The position numbers were made by a program, and so were the translations under genes. Positions 49,051 to 59,052 of a stretch of DNA of 64,000 nt are shown one piece after another; position 1 is the stretch's first letter; each line of letters starts with the position of its first letter. The stretch spans positions 108,893-172,892 of the IMG/VR virus record IMGVR_UViG_3300037488_003551; one strand, given 5' to 3'. Source of the stretch: a virus. The notes beneath the pieces were generated by a model. The model was not told where the DNA came from. It saw only the letters and a program-made list of their open reading frames with translations, and did no database searches.

Positions 49051-50298
49051 TCAGTTGTTGAGTCGAACGAATCGGTCCACAGCATCGTGGGCTTTTTCTG
49101 AGTGTTTTAGGTGAGCGCGGAATCGGTCCTTGTCTTTAACGAAGCTGTTGATGAGGTTTGCGCGATAGGTGGGTTTTCCGTATTGATTTGCGGTAGGGGT
49201 AATGTTGTCCGTAAACAGTGCTGCGTATTCCGCGGCACAGGTCTCGAAAAACGTGAAGATTGCGGGGTAGGCCTTGTCGATGTCGTATTCAACATCGAAC
49301 ATGTAATTCAAAAGGTTATAGACAAATTCCACCAGCCTGGGCTGTTTTCCAAGGTCTTCTAACTGTTGGAATTTACGCATGAAATGCTTAGTATCTGTTA
49401 GGAATTCCACAGGACTGAGGATAACGTTATTGTCCTCGATAAAGGCTTGGAATTGAGACGCCATTGTTAGGTTGAGGGATGACCCGAATCGGCTGAGAGC
49501 TCGGCTGCTTTGTAGAGAAATATCCGCGCTCTCCAAAGCATAGCAGTCGAGGGAAATTGTTTGCCACGTAGCGGGGCAAGCGAAAGGTCTGTTGTTCTTC
49601 TTATTCTGTTCGTCGTAAAGCATGGTCGGCGCCGTTGCGATAAAGGACCGGACGTGCTCGTGACAAGAGAGACCGTTTTCAGGAATCACGGGAGAGGTGC
49701 GGTCGCTATAATGGAATTCTCGCGTACGAGCGTGTTGCAACCATTCGTCAGGAGAGTAGATGGCGTAAACAAACCGAAGCCTCCGACGGAGGGCGGCGTT
49801 GTTTTCAATTTGATTGACGACGTAGGACCCGGTGCTGGGGTTCATCATTGCTACGATGAGGCAGTCGTCCGAGAGCTTGTAGTCATAGAGAAAACGGTCC
49901 TCGGCCAGGGAGTAGAACATGGCGATGGCGTGCTGAGCGCCTTGGTTGATTTCGTCGAACGCGAGGATGCAGCGTTCTCCTTTTCGCGGAAGACCCGTGG
50001 GAACTTTGATACGAAAGAAGCCTTCTTCGGCGTCTCGGACCGATGGCACACCTGCGCTAAGCAATCCGAATTGAGCGGTACGGATATCGCAGACACGCGC
50101 CTTGAGCTCGCGTGCAACTTGGTGGACGACTTGTGATTTACCTAGACCGGCCTCGCCCACGATGCAGTAGATGCCTCGGAATAAGCGCATATTGTAATTT
50201 AATTTAATCTCTTCTTTGATTTCTCCGATGGTCATTCGTGGGACGTCGTATAGCTCTGCGTACTCTTGATTGACTGATTTGCTATTGTTTTCCGCCAT
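49051..50298 (-). CDS. MoxR-like AAA+ ATPase
   Basis: Walker A GEAGLGKS, Walker B 'FDEIN', 'AMMNP', 'ALRRR' and 'ACPATW'; ATG 50298 after an AGGA RBS. Confidence 0.85.
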   Translation of the reverse strand: MAENNSKSVNQEYAELYDVPRMTIGEIKEEIKLNYNMRLFRGIYCIVGEAGLGKSQVVHQVARELKARVCDIRTAQFGLLSAGVPSVRDAEEGFFRIKVPTGLPRKGERCILAFDEINQGAQHAIAMFYSLAEDRFLYDYKLSDDCLIVAMMNPSTGSYVVNQIENNAALRRRLRFVYAIYSPDEWLQHARTREFHYSDRTSPVIPENGLSCHEHVRSFIATAPTMLYDEQNKKNNRPFACPATWQTISLDCYALESADISLQSSRALSRFGSSLNLTMASQFQAFIEDNNVILSPVEFLTDTKHFMRKFQQLEDLGKQPRLVEFVYNLLNYMFDVEYDIDKAYPAIFTFFETCAAEYAALFTDNITPTANQYGKPTYRANLINSFVKDKDRFRAHLKHSEKAHDAVDRFVRLNN

Positions 50299-50320
50299 TT
50301 TCCTGATATCCTTTTCTTGA

Positions 50321-51946
50321 ATGAAGAACGTTTCCGCCACCATTAGCGAAGTGTGTGAAGCCTGGTTAAACCTAAACGGAAAGCCTTTCCGCCTGGATAT
50401 GTGGCCAGCCCATCGGACCTTTTACGATGGGCTCTGGCGCCGAACGTTGTTAAAAACAAGTCGGCAGGTCGCGAAGTCCACGACCCTAGCCAACTTCGGG
50501 ATTGCTGAGTGTGCTCTTATACCACATTTTTCCGTAATGTTTGTAACGCCCTCCAAAGAGCAGACGATGCGCTTTTCGAATTCTCGCGTTACAAAGGTTA
50601 TGCGTTACTCTCCGATTATCAGAAAGAAGTTTTTGAGTACAGAACTTTCGGACCGTGTACTCCACAAGCAGTTCACAAATGGGTCGGAGATGGTCTTTGC
50701 GTATGCGTTGGATGACGCAGACCGCCTTCGAGGCCCATCCACTGACCGCAACGTGTACGACGAGGTGCAGGACCTGCTATATAATCCTGTAATTACGGTA
50801 GGTAATGAAACATTGTCGCGTTCTAAATATGCGTACGAGACGTATGCGGGGACGCCAAAGACAATGGAAAATACCATTCAGTATCTATGGGAATTGAGCA
50901 CCCAGACCGAATGGGTCATGAAGTGCTCAGGTTGCGGTAAATACCAGTACGCGGCGTCCGAGAAGTGCATTGGCCTTAAAGGAATGATTTGCCTAAAGTG
51001 TGGTACGTACTTAAATCCTTTTGAAGGTCAGTGGGTTGATATGGCAGAGTCCCTCCCGGCTGACTCGCGGGTAGAAGAGGAAGACCGTATTAAAGGTTTT
51101 CATATTTGTCAGCCATCCATGCCCGATTGTAATCCTCTCGCTGTTGAGAAGATGGGATACAATCAAGACCTCGTGCGTTTCGCCTCCAAGCAATGGAAAG
51201 ACATTTTATATAAGCTAGAAAACCTTCCTCCGACGACTTTTAGAAACGAAGTTTTAGGAATCTCCGATGCGCTTGGCGCGCGCATGATTGCGAAGGAGGA
51301 GCTCGAGGCTCTCTGTACGGGGCCGGCGCTATCGGCTACTCCATCTCCCGCGGGCATGGCGGGGGTTACTACGACGGTAGCGGGAATTGATTGGTCGGGT
51401 GGAGGCACCTCCGGCGTATCGAGGACTGTTTTGTGGATTTGGGGTCTGAACACGCAGCTAGGGTTACTTCGTTGTTTGTTTTACAGAATTTATCCAGGTA
51501 TAAACCCGGTCAATTCCGTCGAAGAAATTATTCAAATTTGCAATATGTATCGAGTTGCGTACGCGGTGGGTGATGCTGGAGAGGGGAGTCTCCCGAACGA
51601 CGTGCTTCGAAACGCTCTAGGGCCTAATCGCATGACGCAGGTCCAATACGGAGCGTATGCGCAAGCGTTGCATTGGAATGGGCAGGATAGATACCTCTTA
51701 GATCGAACCACAATGATCGACAACTACGTGATGTTGCTCAAGAAAAAGATGGTCCAATTCGGTCCGTTGGATGAGATGACCATTCCCATCGCAGATATTT
51801 TGAATGAATACGAAGAGGTGACGATGTTGGGGAGGAAGGTGTGGAGACACTCACCGCAGAAGCCCGATGACTGTCTCCACGCGAGTCTTTTTGGATGGCT
51901 GGCGTCCAAGATTGTTATGAACGATTTGAAGTTCTGGAAAGACTAA
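50321..51946 (+). CDS. terL: Terminase large subunit (lambda gpA-like)
   Basis: 'SRQVAKST', 'LRGPS...YDEVQD', 'GTPK', Zn CxxC pairs, nuclease 'AGIDW' and 'PDDCLHA'. Confidence 0.88.
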   Translation: MKNVSATISEVCEAWLNLNGKPFRLDMWPAHRTFYDGLWRRTLLKTSRQVAKSTTLANFGIAECALIPHFSVMFVTPSKEQTMRFSNSRVTKVMRYSPIIRKKFLSTELSDRVLHKQFTNGSEMVFAYALDDADRLRGPSTDRNVYDEVQDLLYNPVITVGNETLSRSKYAYETYAGTPKTMENTIQYLWELSTQTEWVMKCSGCGKYQYAASEKCIGLKGMICLKCGTYLNPFEGQWVDMAESLPADSRVEEEDRIKGFHICQPSMPDCNPLAVEKMGYNQDLVRFASKQWKDILYKLENLPPTTFRNEVLGISDALGARMIAKEELEALCTGPALSATPSPAGMAGVTTTVAGIDWSGGGTSGVSRTVLWIWGLNTQLGLLRCLFYRIYPGINPVNSVEEIIQICNMYRVAYAVGDAGEGSLPNDVLRNALGPNRMTQVQYGAYAQALHWNGQDRYLLDRTTMIDNYVMLLKKKMVQFGPLDEMTIPIADILNEYEEVTMLGRKVWRHSPQKPDDCLHASLFGWLASKIVMNDLKFWKD

Positions 51947-51947
51947 A

Positions 51948-54900
51948 TTACGCCGCGGCGTGTTCAGCTGTCGCTTCCTCCGCGAGGGCATTTCGAATTT
52001 CCAAATCCATGTAGTCGTCTTCTTCGCCAGTGGTGAGCTCGGGGTTATTAGAAAGAAACGAGGGTATGGACATGAGGTCGCCGTAATTGGCGCCGACTTC
52101 GACGTCCCATGAGAAGGGGACTGGTAGCCAGGGGTATTTTTTGGCGACCTGTTTTACGCCGTAGTCCTGGATAAACGCGGGCATTTGTTGGACATATTTC
52201 TTAGGGATTTGGAACACGAGAGAGTCGTGCACCGTATTTAGCATATTTCCACCGAAGTCATTTTCAATCACGGGGTCGGTAGTGCAGAAGACGTCCAGAA
52301 CCATTTCGGCACTGGTGTTCTGAATTTTGAAATTGACCGCCTGCCGTTTTGCGCGGCCGCGCAGAAATTGAGGAAGATTTTGAAGGTTGAGGTGCCGGCG
52401 CCGACCGAGGAAGGTCTCCACTACGCCGATCTGTTGAACCTGCCTTTCGGTGATGTCGATGTAGTCCTTGATGGATGGAAACATATTGAACAGAGTTCGG
52501 ATAATGGCTTCGGCCTGGTTTTCGGGGATGCCGACAATGCCGGCAATCTTCTTGGGAGCGGCGCCGTAGAGAATGCCGAACACGACGCGCTTGATGTTCT
52601 TCCGGAGGGCGTCCAGCTGCTCGCCATAGGCCTTGTCCATCTTCTTGAGCGTATCCCTCGCCTCGAAGTCTTCGTAGCTCCAGGCGTGGTTCTGGTCGAT
52701 GCCTATGGCAGTGAGAACCGAGGCGTACTGAGAGGGTTTGATGTCCTGCAGCACGTTCTCGACCTTGTAGACGGTAGAGGCGAAGAAGCTGTGCGGGTCC
52801 ATTCCGTCGTTGAGAGCTTGAATCAGCGCTTTGTCACGGCTGTAGGCGGCGTAGACCCGGACCTCCGCAGCCTTGGCGTCGGCGTTGATGATGACAAAAT
52901 CCGGGTGGGTAGGAATGAATATACGCTTAATATGATACTGGTGAGGGGGTCTTCCAATTCTTTTTGGAAGGTTCTGGAGATTCTCTTCACTGGAAGAGTT
53001 ATGGTTAACGAAGCCGTGTGCGATGTAAGAATGATCTGTTTCGACTTGGATATCCCAGACTTCTTGTTCTCCAATGCTTTGAATAGATTCGATGTTGCAA
53101 GAGGTAATCTTAATTTTTCCTTCATGAACGTACTCAATTGCAACAGGGTGCCCAACGGAGAGTTGGGATAGGGGAATAAAGGAAAAAGGTGTTCCAGGAG
53201 TAGTGGGGGCGTAAAATCGATGTTCTTTAGTAACGTCGATGGTATTACCAGAGCTTGCAGTTACGCGAAACATCTCCTCTTTTCCCTTGTAATAACATCC
53301 CAAGATTCGCTTGTAACGATTTCGATGCGTACGTATTCTTGCGTCCTTATGGCGCCGTTTAAGGTCTAATTCAGAAATAGGCGTGACGCCTACAGTTGTC
53401 TCTAGAAGGGTATTCTTTCCAACGCACAACCGCGCCGTAGCCGTCCCGTGCTGGTGAAAATTCGAGTGCATTCGCCCATCTTCGCGACTCAGTACTTCGA
53501 TATTTTCGATGAATGTAGTCCGGGCTTTGCTGATTCCTCGAAATTCTAGAATAGCCTCACTGAGTGCACATTTATGCGTATTGGTTAGGAACTTGAGGAA
53601 CTTGGCGTCGGTAGAGATAGCGCCCTTCTCCGTGCGCGGGGGCTCAATCTTGCCGGCGTAGCAGATGAGTTCACCCGTCCCAGGCTGCAGGTAGCCGGTC
53701 GAGAAGAGGGCCTTGGCAACGTGCTGAGTGCTGGCGGGGTTAAATTCCGTCAGGCCGATGGGGAGCATATCGGTGAAGATGGTGGACGAGCTGGCCAGAT
53801 AGCTGTCCATGTCAGCCTGCAGCTTGAAGATGTACTCCCGGTCTACAGCCATTCCGTGGAGCTCCATCTTCGCCAGAATCTTGGTCGTGGGGAGGATGCG
53901 CTTGGCCATGTTATACAGCGGAGGGTTCGGATGCTTGAACAGGACTTCTCCAATCCGCTTGGAGACTTCTTTTGTGCCTAGCAGGAAGGCGGATCGCTTC
54001 TTGGCCAGAGACTTACTTTCTTCCGTGAGCTCTGTGCGCTGTTGGGCCGAGCAGCGAAGAGTCACATCGGCATCGAAGGCGGCGTACTTCATCAACTCTT
54101 GTAGAGGGATGTTCTTGTAACCGTCATCGGTCTCGAGCTTCTTTTCAAGGCGGGATTGTTTTGGGGCGTCATCTGCTTTCTTTTTCTTGGTGCGCTTTGG
54201 CTTTACCTTCTTTAAGAGTTGTTCTTCTTGGGAGGCTTCAGAGGTATCAGCAGGAGTGAGCGCGTCGATATCTAGTCTTCCCGCGTAGATTTCTTTAAGC
54301 TCGTCTTCGTAGGCTGAGAATTCGGGCAGGCGAAGACGCGTAATATGTTTTAAGCCGTAAAAACCTTTTTTGTCTTCTTCAATGAGATGCTCTCCTAACA
54401 TTACATCCCAAGAAAGATTTGCAACTTTAAAACCTTTGCGCTCGAATACTTTGAGGTCGTATTTAGCGTTGGCAAAGATTTTGGGTTTTACACAAGTCAA
54501 GAGGCGTTCGAGATGAGGGCGTGCGCCCTCTAAGTCGATGCTGGATTCTGGATGCTCGAGTTGGATAGCGGCAGATTTCCCTTTATCCCAGCAGACAGAT
54601 ACCATGAGGAGCTGCAGTTTATCGCGGTGAGGATAGAGGGTATTAGTTTCAGTATCTAGCGAGATAGGAGAGTGCTCACGCGCTATTCCAGGTATGGAGT
54701 AGTTGACGATTTCCGTTACGAGTTTAGAGAGCTCTTCTACTGTACGAGGATACTGATACTCTTCAGAGAGACGCGATAGAACAGAGCGTTTGGCTTCAAG
54801 TTCTCCGACTTTATTATCTTGGACTAGCTTTAAAAAGACCTCGATTTGCCGTGCGAGGATTTCAGTGTATCCAGCTTTAGTTGCTAATTGACGCTTAGAT

Positions 54901-55460
54901 AAAGACACGAAAATGTATGCGCGTCGGCCTTCTACGTTCATCTCAATTACTTTGCCGATGACGTCTGTGTACTTTTTGAATTGGACACCGAGCGACTTAA
55001 GGGCAGTAGCGCCCATTACAAAAATGCAGATTGGCTTTTCGGGGGTAGCATATTCAAGGAGTTCTGCCCGGAGATTAGGCGCACACGCAACCATTTCTTT
55101 TGCGTTGGGTTTTTCTACCTGGCATCGAACAGCGTAAGTAAAACGCCCCTCGAGCTTATCAAATCGGGTGGCAGCGTTTTGCATCGCTACGAAAATAGTT
55201 CGTTCGATATCGAACGTCCAGCCTGAGTGATTTTCTTGTTCGGTAAATCCGCTCAGGAAGGGAGACTCTCCCACGCAGAAGTAATCGGTATTAGCGGGTT
55301 CTCCTCCTTTGCTGACAGTATAGTGTTTTCTCTGATAGCTTGGACACGCTGGGCAGCCAGCGTGTTTCCAAGCGTTTGATATGGTACAGGTATAACAGTC
55401 GGTAATTATGTCTACGACGACCTCAGCTGTACCATTCTTCTTCGATGTCATCTGGGGCAT
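51948..55460 (-). CDS. polA: Family A DNA polymerase with N-terminal UDG-like domain, 3'-5' exonuclease and an intein
   Basis: 'VGESP', 'YAVRC', 'VMGATA' (family-4 UDG); 'LDTET', 'NAKYD', 'YAAFD' (exonuclease); 'ADAKAAEVR', 'KRVVFGILYG', 'VHDS' (PolA motifs A, B and C). Confidence 0.92.
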   Translation of the reverse strand: MPQMTSKKNGTAEVVVDIITDCYTCTISNAWKHAGCPACPSYQRKHYTVSKGGEPANTDYFCVGESPFLSGFTEQENHSGWTFDIERTIFVAMQNAATRFDKLEGRFTYAVRCQVEKPNAKEMVACAPNLRAELLEYATPEKPICIFVMGATALKSLGVQFKKYTDVIGKVIEMNVEGRRAYIFVSLSKRQLATKAGYTEILARQIEVFLKLVQDNKVGELEAKRSVLSRLSEEYQYPRTVEELSKLVTEIVNYSIPGIAREHSPISLDTETNTLYPHRDKLQLLMVSVCWDKGKSAAIQLEHPESSIDLEGARPHLERLLTCVKPKIFANAKYDLKVFERKGFKVANLSWDVMLGEHLIEEDKKGFYGLKHITRLRLPEFSAYEDELKEIYAGRLDIDALTPADTSEASQEEQLLKKVKPKRTKKKKADDAPKQSRLEKKLETDDGYKNIPLQELMKYAAFDADVTLRCSAQQRTELTEESKSLAKKRSAFLLGTKEVSKRIGEVLFKHPNPPLYNMAKRILPTTKILAKMELHGMAVDREYIFKLQADMDSYLASSSTIFTDMLPIGLTEFNPASTQHVAKALFSTGYLQPGTGELICYAGKIEPPRTEKGAISTDAKFLKFLTNTHKCALSEAILEFRGISKARTTFIENIEVLSREDGRMHSNFHQHGTATARLCVGKNTLLETTVGVTPISELDLKRRHKDARIRTHRNRYKRILGCYYKGKEEMFRVTASSGNTIDVTKEHRFYAPTTPGTPFSFIPLSQLSVGHPVAIEYVHEGKIKITSCNIESIQSIGEQEVWDIQVETDHSYIAHGFVNHNSSSEENLQNLPKRIGRPPHQYHIKRIFIPTHPDFVIINADAKAAEVRVYAAYSRDKALIQALNDGMDPHSFFASTVYKVENVLQDIKPSQYASVLTAIGIDQNHAWSYEDFEARDTLKKMDKAYGEQLDALRKNIKRVVFGILYGAAPKKIAGIVGIPENQAEAIIRTLFNMFPSIKDYIDITERQVQQIGVVETFLGRRRHLNLQNLPQFLRGRAKRQAVNFKIQNTSAEMVLDVFCTTDPVIENDFGGNMLNTVHDSLVFQIPKKYVQQMPAFIQDYGVKQVAKKYPWLPVPFSWDVEVGANYGDLMSIPSFLSNNPELTTGEEDDYMDLEIRNALAEEATAEHAAA
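52998..53426 (-). mobile_element. Mini-intein (143 aa) in DNA polymerase
   Basis: TARL|CVGKNT...TKEHRF...VWDIQVETDHSYIAHGFVNHN|SSS; removing it restores 'TARLSSSEENLQN'; no LAGLIDADG. Confidence 0.9.
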
Positions 55461-58400
55461 TTACTTGGTCCTTTGTTTCAAGGTCCGCGGGAGGAACGGT
55501 CTTCGTGAGAACGGTATCTTCTTTCAAGTCTTCATTTAACCAATATTTTGCACGAAATACTGCTACGCCTCGCATTTGTAATCCAACGCCTAAGTGAACT
55601 TTTGCACGATTTAAAACGCCTGAGCTAAGTGTTTGGTCGATATTTAAAGCGGCAGGATGGCGTTCGAGTATAGTGCGTAATTGAATAGCGGACGTAGAGG
55701 ACTGAATTCTAGCTTGTGGCGGAATTAAATGTGCGATAACTTGCTCGAGATTAAAGAGAAGTAGGTTATCTTTTTCGTCGTAGAAAACGCCCACTCCAGA
55801 ATCGTTTAACTCGAAACGTTGCACACGATTTGCTAGAACTCGAGCTAGGGTATAACATGTACCTGTTTCTTTATAATCTTTAAGGCGGATAACATTATAT
55901 TGGAAGATTTTAGTTAGGTAGGTATCAGCATCGCTAGTACCGTCATCCCGCACGATATGGTCTGCATTTGCATTTACGTAATCATCTAGGAACGAATAAG
56001 GGTCTACTCCAATCGTTTCTAAGACCGCTAGCAGAGGATAGAGCGCTGAAATAAAGCGCTGTTCCACGTTGAAAGAGAATCGTTTTTTAATAGTTTCAAA
56101 GCTACCTTTATACTTTAGGTACTTTTCACGAATGGTCGGTACTTGAGAGTAAAGTCCAAAATTCGTTGAACGTCTTAAGCGTAAAATATCGTCAGGAGAA
56201 AATACGCTGCGAACGGTTGTATTAGGGTCGCTACGCCCAATTTCCTTCTTCATTTTGACTTGTAAAATGCGGTTCATATCTTGAGGGCGGTCTGTGCCGG
56301 TAATACTAGCGAAGATTACAGGAACATCGTATTCAAAGGTTGTAGTTCCATTCGTACCCATATTAGAAATAGTTCGTTTGCCTCCGCTACCTAACTGCAT
56401 ACCGCGCAAAGCTTCCATAATTTGTCCACTATTTTGTACATTCTTAGGTGTGTCAAATTCAAGTTCGTCAATGCAATGAAGAATGCTGGAGCCAGAGGCA
56501 GTTCGGGAAAAAGCAGGTGGAGTTATTTTAAAGAAATATCTTGAAGCAAATAAAATTTGGATATTATATGGGTCTGTCGGGTCAGTGGTAACTGGGCTAA
56601 AAACGGACATCAAGCGTGATTTTCCTGAACTAGTTTCTCCTGTAAAATGGATTAAGACTTTTCGGTCAAGACATGACATAATTGGAAAGGTTAAAATTAA
56701 TGCTGCTAAAAATTTACTAGTGGATCGTTGATGTTCGAATCCGAAACCTGCGTTAAATAACCGGCATAAATCTGTGTAAGTTTGCCGCATATCATAATCT
56801 TGTGATTCGATTATTATTTTTTCTGTTAAAGTTTCAGAATTATACCAGGGCTGCTTATGTGCGGAATCCTCCGTATAGATATCTATTACGGTATCGTCAA
56901 TCCTAGGTTCGGCTGTTTTCGTGACAGTGAATTGTGAGTCTTGTCGATTTAATACGTAGGTATCTATCCCGTGCACGACCAATTCTTTATTAGGTAGATA
57001 GTGATACCCGTTACGCACTTTGGTCAGATTCGCGTCATGTTTTACGCCTACAGCTAAACTACTGAGGGCATCTCTAATTAAATCTCGAAGTTCCCTGTCA
57101 CGTATTCGCCTACTATCTTTATCTTTCCCCCTATACATAGGAGGAGCGCCAACTTCATTTTCAATAAAAGGCTGTATTCCACCAGCAATAAGAACTACTT
57201 CCTGTGCGATACTCTGTGCGCAATCAATTTTGATACTCGTAAAACGACGGTCTTCTCGGTGAAAGAGTTGCAGGTATTTTTCATTAAAAGAACCTTCTTT
57301 AATACTGATAGTAGAATAGATATCTAAGAAGGTACGAGCGATACGTTGAATAAATCCATCGGTGCTCTCATCACTAGATAGGATTTCATTTATAAGAGGT
57401 TTTACACGTATTACGGGATAAAGTTCATTTATTTTCTGTGCATATATTTCTATATCGTTTTTTCTATGTAGATTTTTCCCATAGTCAGCCGCAGTAGAAG
57501 TTAAAATACTAACAGCATCCGTATCGTATTCGTCTAATACCGAGACAACTTTATTTACCATCCAGCGCCAAGCTTGTACGTAGTTTTGTTTATCGTATAA
57601 GGCAGCGTCTATTATATCCGCGGCGATACCAGACGCAGTATAAGCGTGGTCTAAGTCTTCAGCTGTATTTAATGTAGCCCATGCGGCATCTGTAAAAATA
57701 GAAAGAGAACAATCTTGGACTGTTACTTGATTAATCCACTGCGTTACAACGTTTTCACTAGTATTCTTGTTTCCTTTTGTCGGTGCATCGCCCATAAGAT
57801 ATAGCTGCTGGATGTCGTTGGTCTGAATAATTTCATCGAAAGCGACAAGAGAACTCGTTCCTCCGGCACTAATAATTGCTTGTTCTACTTTTCCCGTTTG
57901 GAGTACGCGCACCATAGGCTGAAGGGCATCGAATTCCCCTTCGACTACGGTATAGCTCTTAGGCTTCGTATCGTCTCCTTCTTTTTGAAACGAAACGTAT
58001 GGAGCAAAATTCAACCCAAAGAATCCAGCCGAGGTATCGAGCGCGTCTTGGATTAAGCCGAGGCGTTTAGAATCACCTGGGTCATTAGGTAGTCGAATTC
58101 TAAATGCGGCAATATGATTTTCAGTTGTACATAGCGGAAATACGACCGAGCTTACGCCTGCCGTAGTAGCGCTATTATTAATTTCACTCGAGAGAAAGTT
58201 CTTAATAAATTGTATTAATTCGATTGCGTTATATTCGGAATAAGTTTTATCTGCCCCAATCTTTTTATGAGCGAGCTTTGGGATAGCATTAAGAGGAGGA
58301 ATAATTCCTATGGGTAATTTCCCTAAAAGCTCTAGGGGTATTTTTCTCGTTTCTACTAGCCAATGGACGGTCTTTATTGAGTAATCAAATTCCGTAGATT

Positions 58401-59052
58401 TGCCGCCAGTAATCGGTGTAACGTTATCAGGAATATCGTCCACTGCATCGGGATTAGGCGCAAACTCATCTGGATAATCGGGCTCTTCTCCTAGAGCTGA
58501 GTAGTCACAATCACTCGTATTCTCGTCCTCGAGGCTTACGCTATTGCGCGGATTATTTTTGATTACGAGTTCGTCTGCATAAGATTTTGCTGCTTCGATT
58601 AGTTGGTCATGGCAAATATCGTAAAAGATTTTCTTAGCCAGCTGCGTCATATGAATGAGTTGGCTTTTGGCTACGAGGGTGTTGTCTTTAAGTTGTTCGG
58701 CTCCGGGGTAGGTACTAGCAATGTATACAATTGCTTGCGGATACGTCATCCCCGTTATATGTGCGATTAATTCGATGGGGTCTATTGTGCGATAGCCGCA
58801 ACCAAAGCAATACGCGTGGTGCTGCTTTGGGCGGATATGGAAAGAGGGATTCGTATCGGAGTGGTCCGGATGTGGACAAAGACCCCGAATGGAATCTCCC
58901 TTATATTTCGTAAAAGAAAATGAAGCACTCTGCGGGAGCTTTAACCAATCCGTTACCGTGAGTGCTTCCCATATGCTCGTAATATCTTTCCTTGAAAATT
59001 TAGAGGCCTCCGTCGCTTGGGAGGAGGCTTTGCTCTTGGACTTGGTCGCCAT
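55423..59052 (-). CDS. Primase-helicase fusion (CHC2 Zn finger, TOPRIM, C-terminal P-loop helicase)
   Basis: 'CPHPDH.DTNPSF...YCFGC', 'VVEGEFD', 'MGD', 'GETSSGKS' and 'IDELE'. Confidence 0.85.
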   Translation of the reverse strand: MATKSKSKASSQATEASKFSRKDITSIWEALTVTDWLKLPQSASFSFTKYKGDSIRGLCPHPDHSDTNPSFHIRPKQHHAYCFGCGYRTIDPIELIAHITGMTYPQAIVYIASTYPGAEQLKDNTLVAKSQLIHMTQLAKKIFYDICHDQLIEAAKSYADELVIKNNPRNSVSLEDENTSDCDYSALGEEPDYPDEFAPNPDAVDDIPDNVTPITGGKSTEFDYSIKTVHWLVETRKIPLELLGKLPIGIIPPLNAIPKLAHKKIGADKTYSEYNAIELIQFIKNFLSSEINNSATTAGVSSVVFPLCTTENHIAAFRIRLPNDPGDSKRLGLIQDALDTSAGFFGLNFAPYVSFQKEGDDTKPKSYTVVEGEFDALQPMVRVLQTGKVEQAIISAGGTSSLVAFDEIIQTNDIQQLYLMGDAPTKGNKNTSENVVTQWINQVTVQDCSLSIFTDAAWATLNTAEDLDHAYTASGIAADIIDAALYDKQNYVQAWRWMVNKVVSVLDEYDTDAVSILTSTAADYGKNLHRKNDIEIYAQKINELYPVIRVKPLINEILSSDESTDGFIQRIARTFLDIYSTISIKEGSFNEKYLQLFHREDRRFTSIKIDCAQSIAQEVVLIAGGIQPFIENEVGAPPMYRGKDKDSRRIRDRELRDLIRDALSSLAVGVKHDANLTKVRNGYHYLPNKELVVHGIDTYVLNRQDSQFTVTKTAEPRIDDTVIDIYTEDSAHKQPWYNSETLTEKIIIESQDYDMRQTYTDLCRLFNAGFGFEHQRSTSKFLAALILTFPIMSCLDRKVLIHFTGETSSGKSRLMSVFSPVTTDPTDPYNIQILFASRYFFKITPPAFSRTASGSSILHCIDELEFDTPKNVQNSGQIMEALRGMQLGSGGKRTISNMGTNGTTTFEYDVPVIFASITGTDRPQDMNRILQVKMKKEIGRSDPNTTVRSVFSPDDILRLRRSTNFGLYSQVPTIREKYLKYKGSFETIKKRFSFNVEQRFISALYPLLAVLETIGVDPYSFLDDYVNANADHIVRDDGTSDADTYLTKIFQYNVIRLKDYKETGTCYTLARVLANRVQRFELNDSGVGVFYDEKDNLLLFNLEQVIAHLIPPQARIQSSTSAIQLRTILERHPAALNIDQTLSSGVLNRAKVHLGVGLQMRGVAVFRAKYWLNEDLKEDTVLTKTVPPADLETKDQVNAPDDIEEEWYS

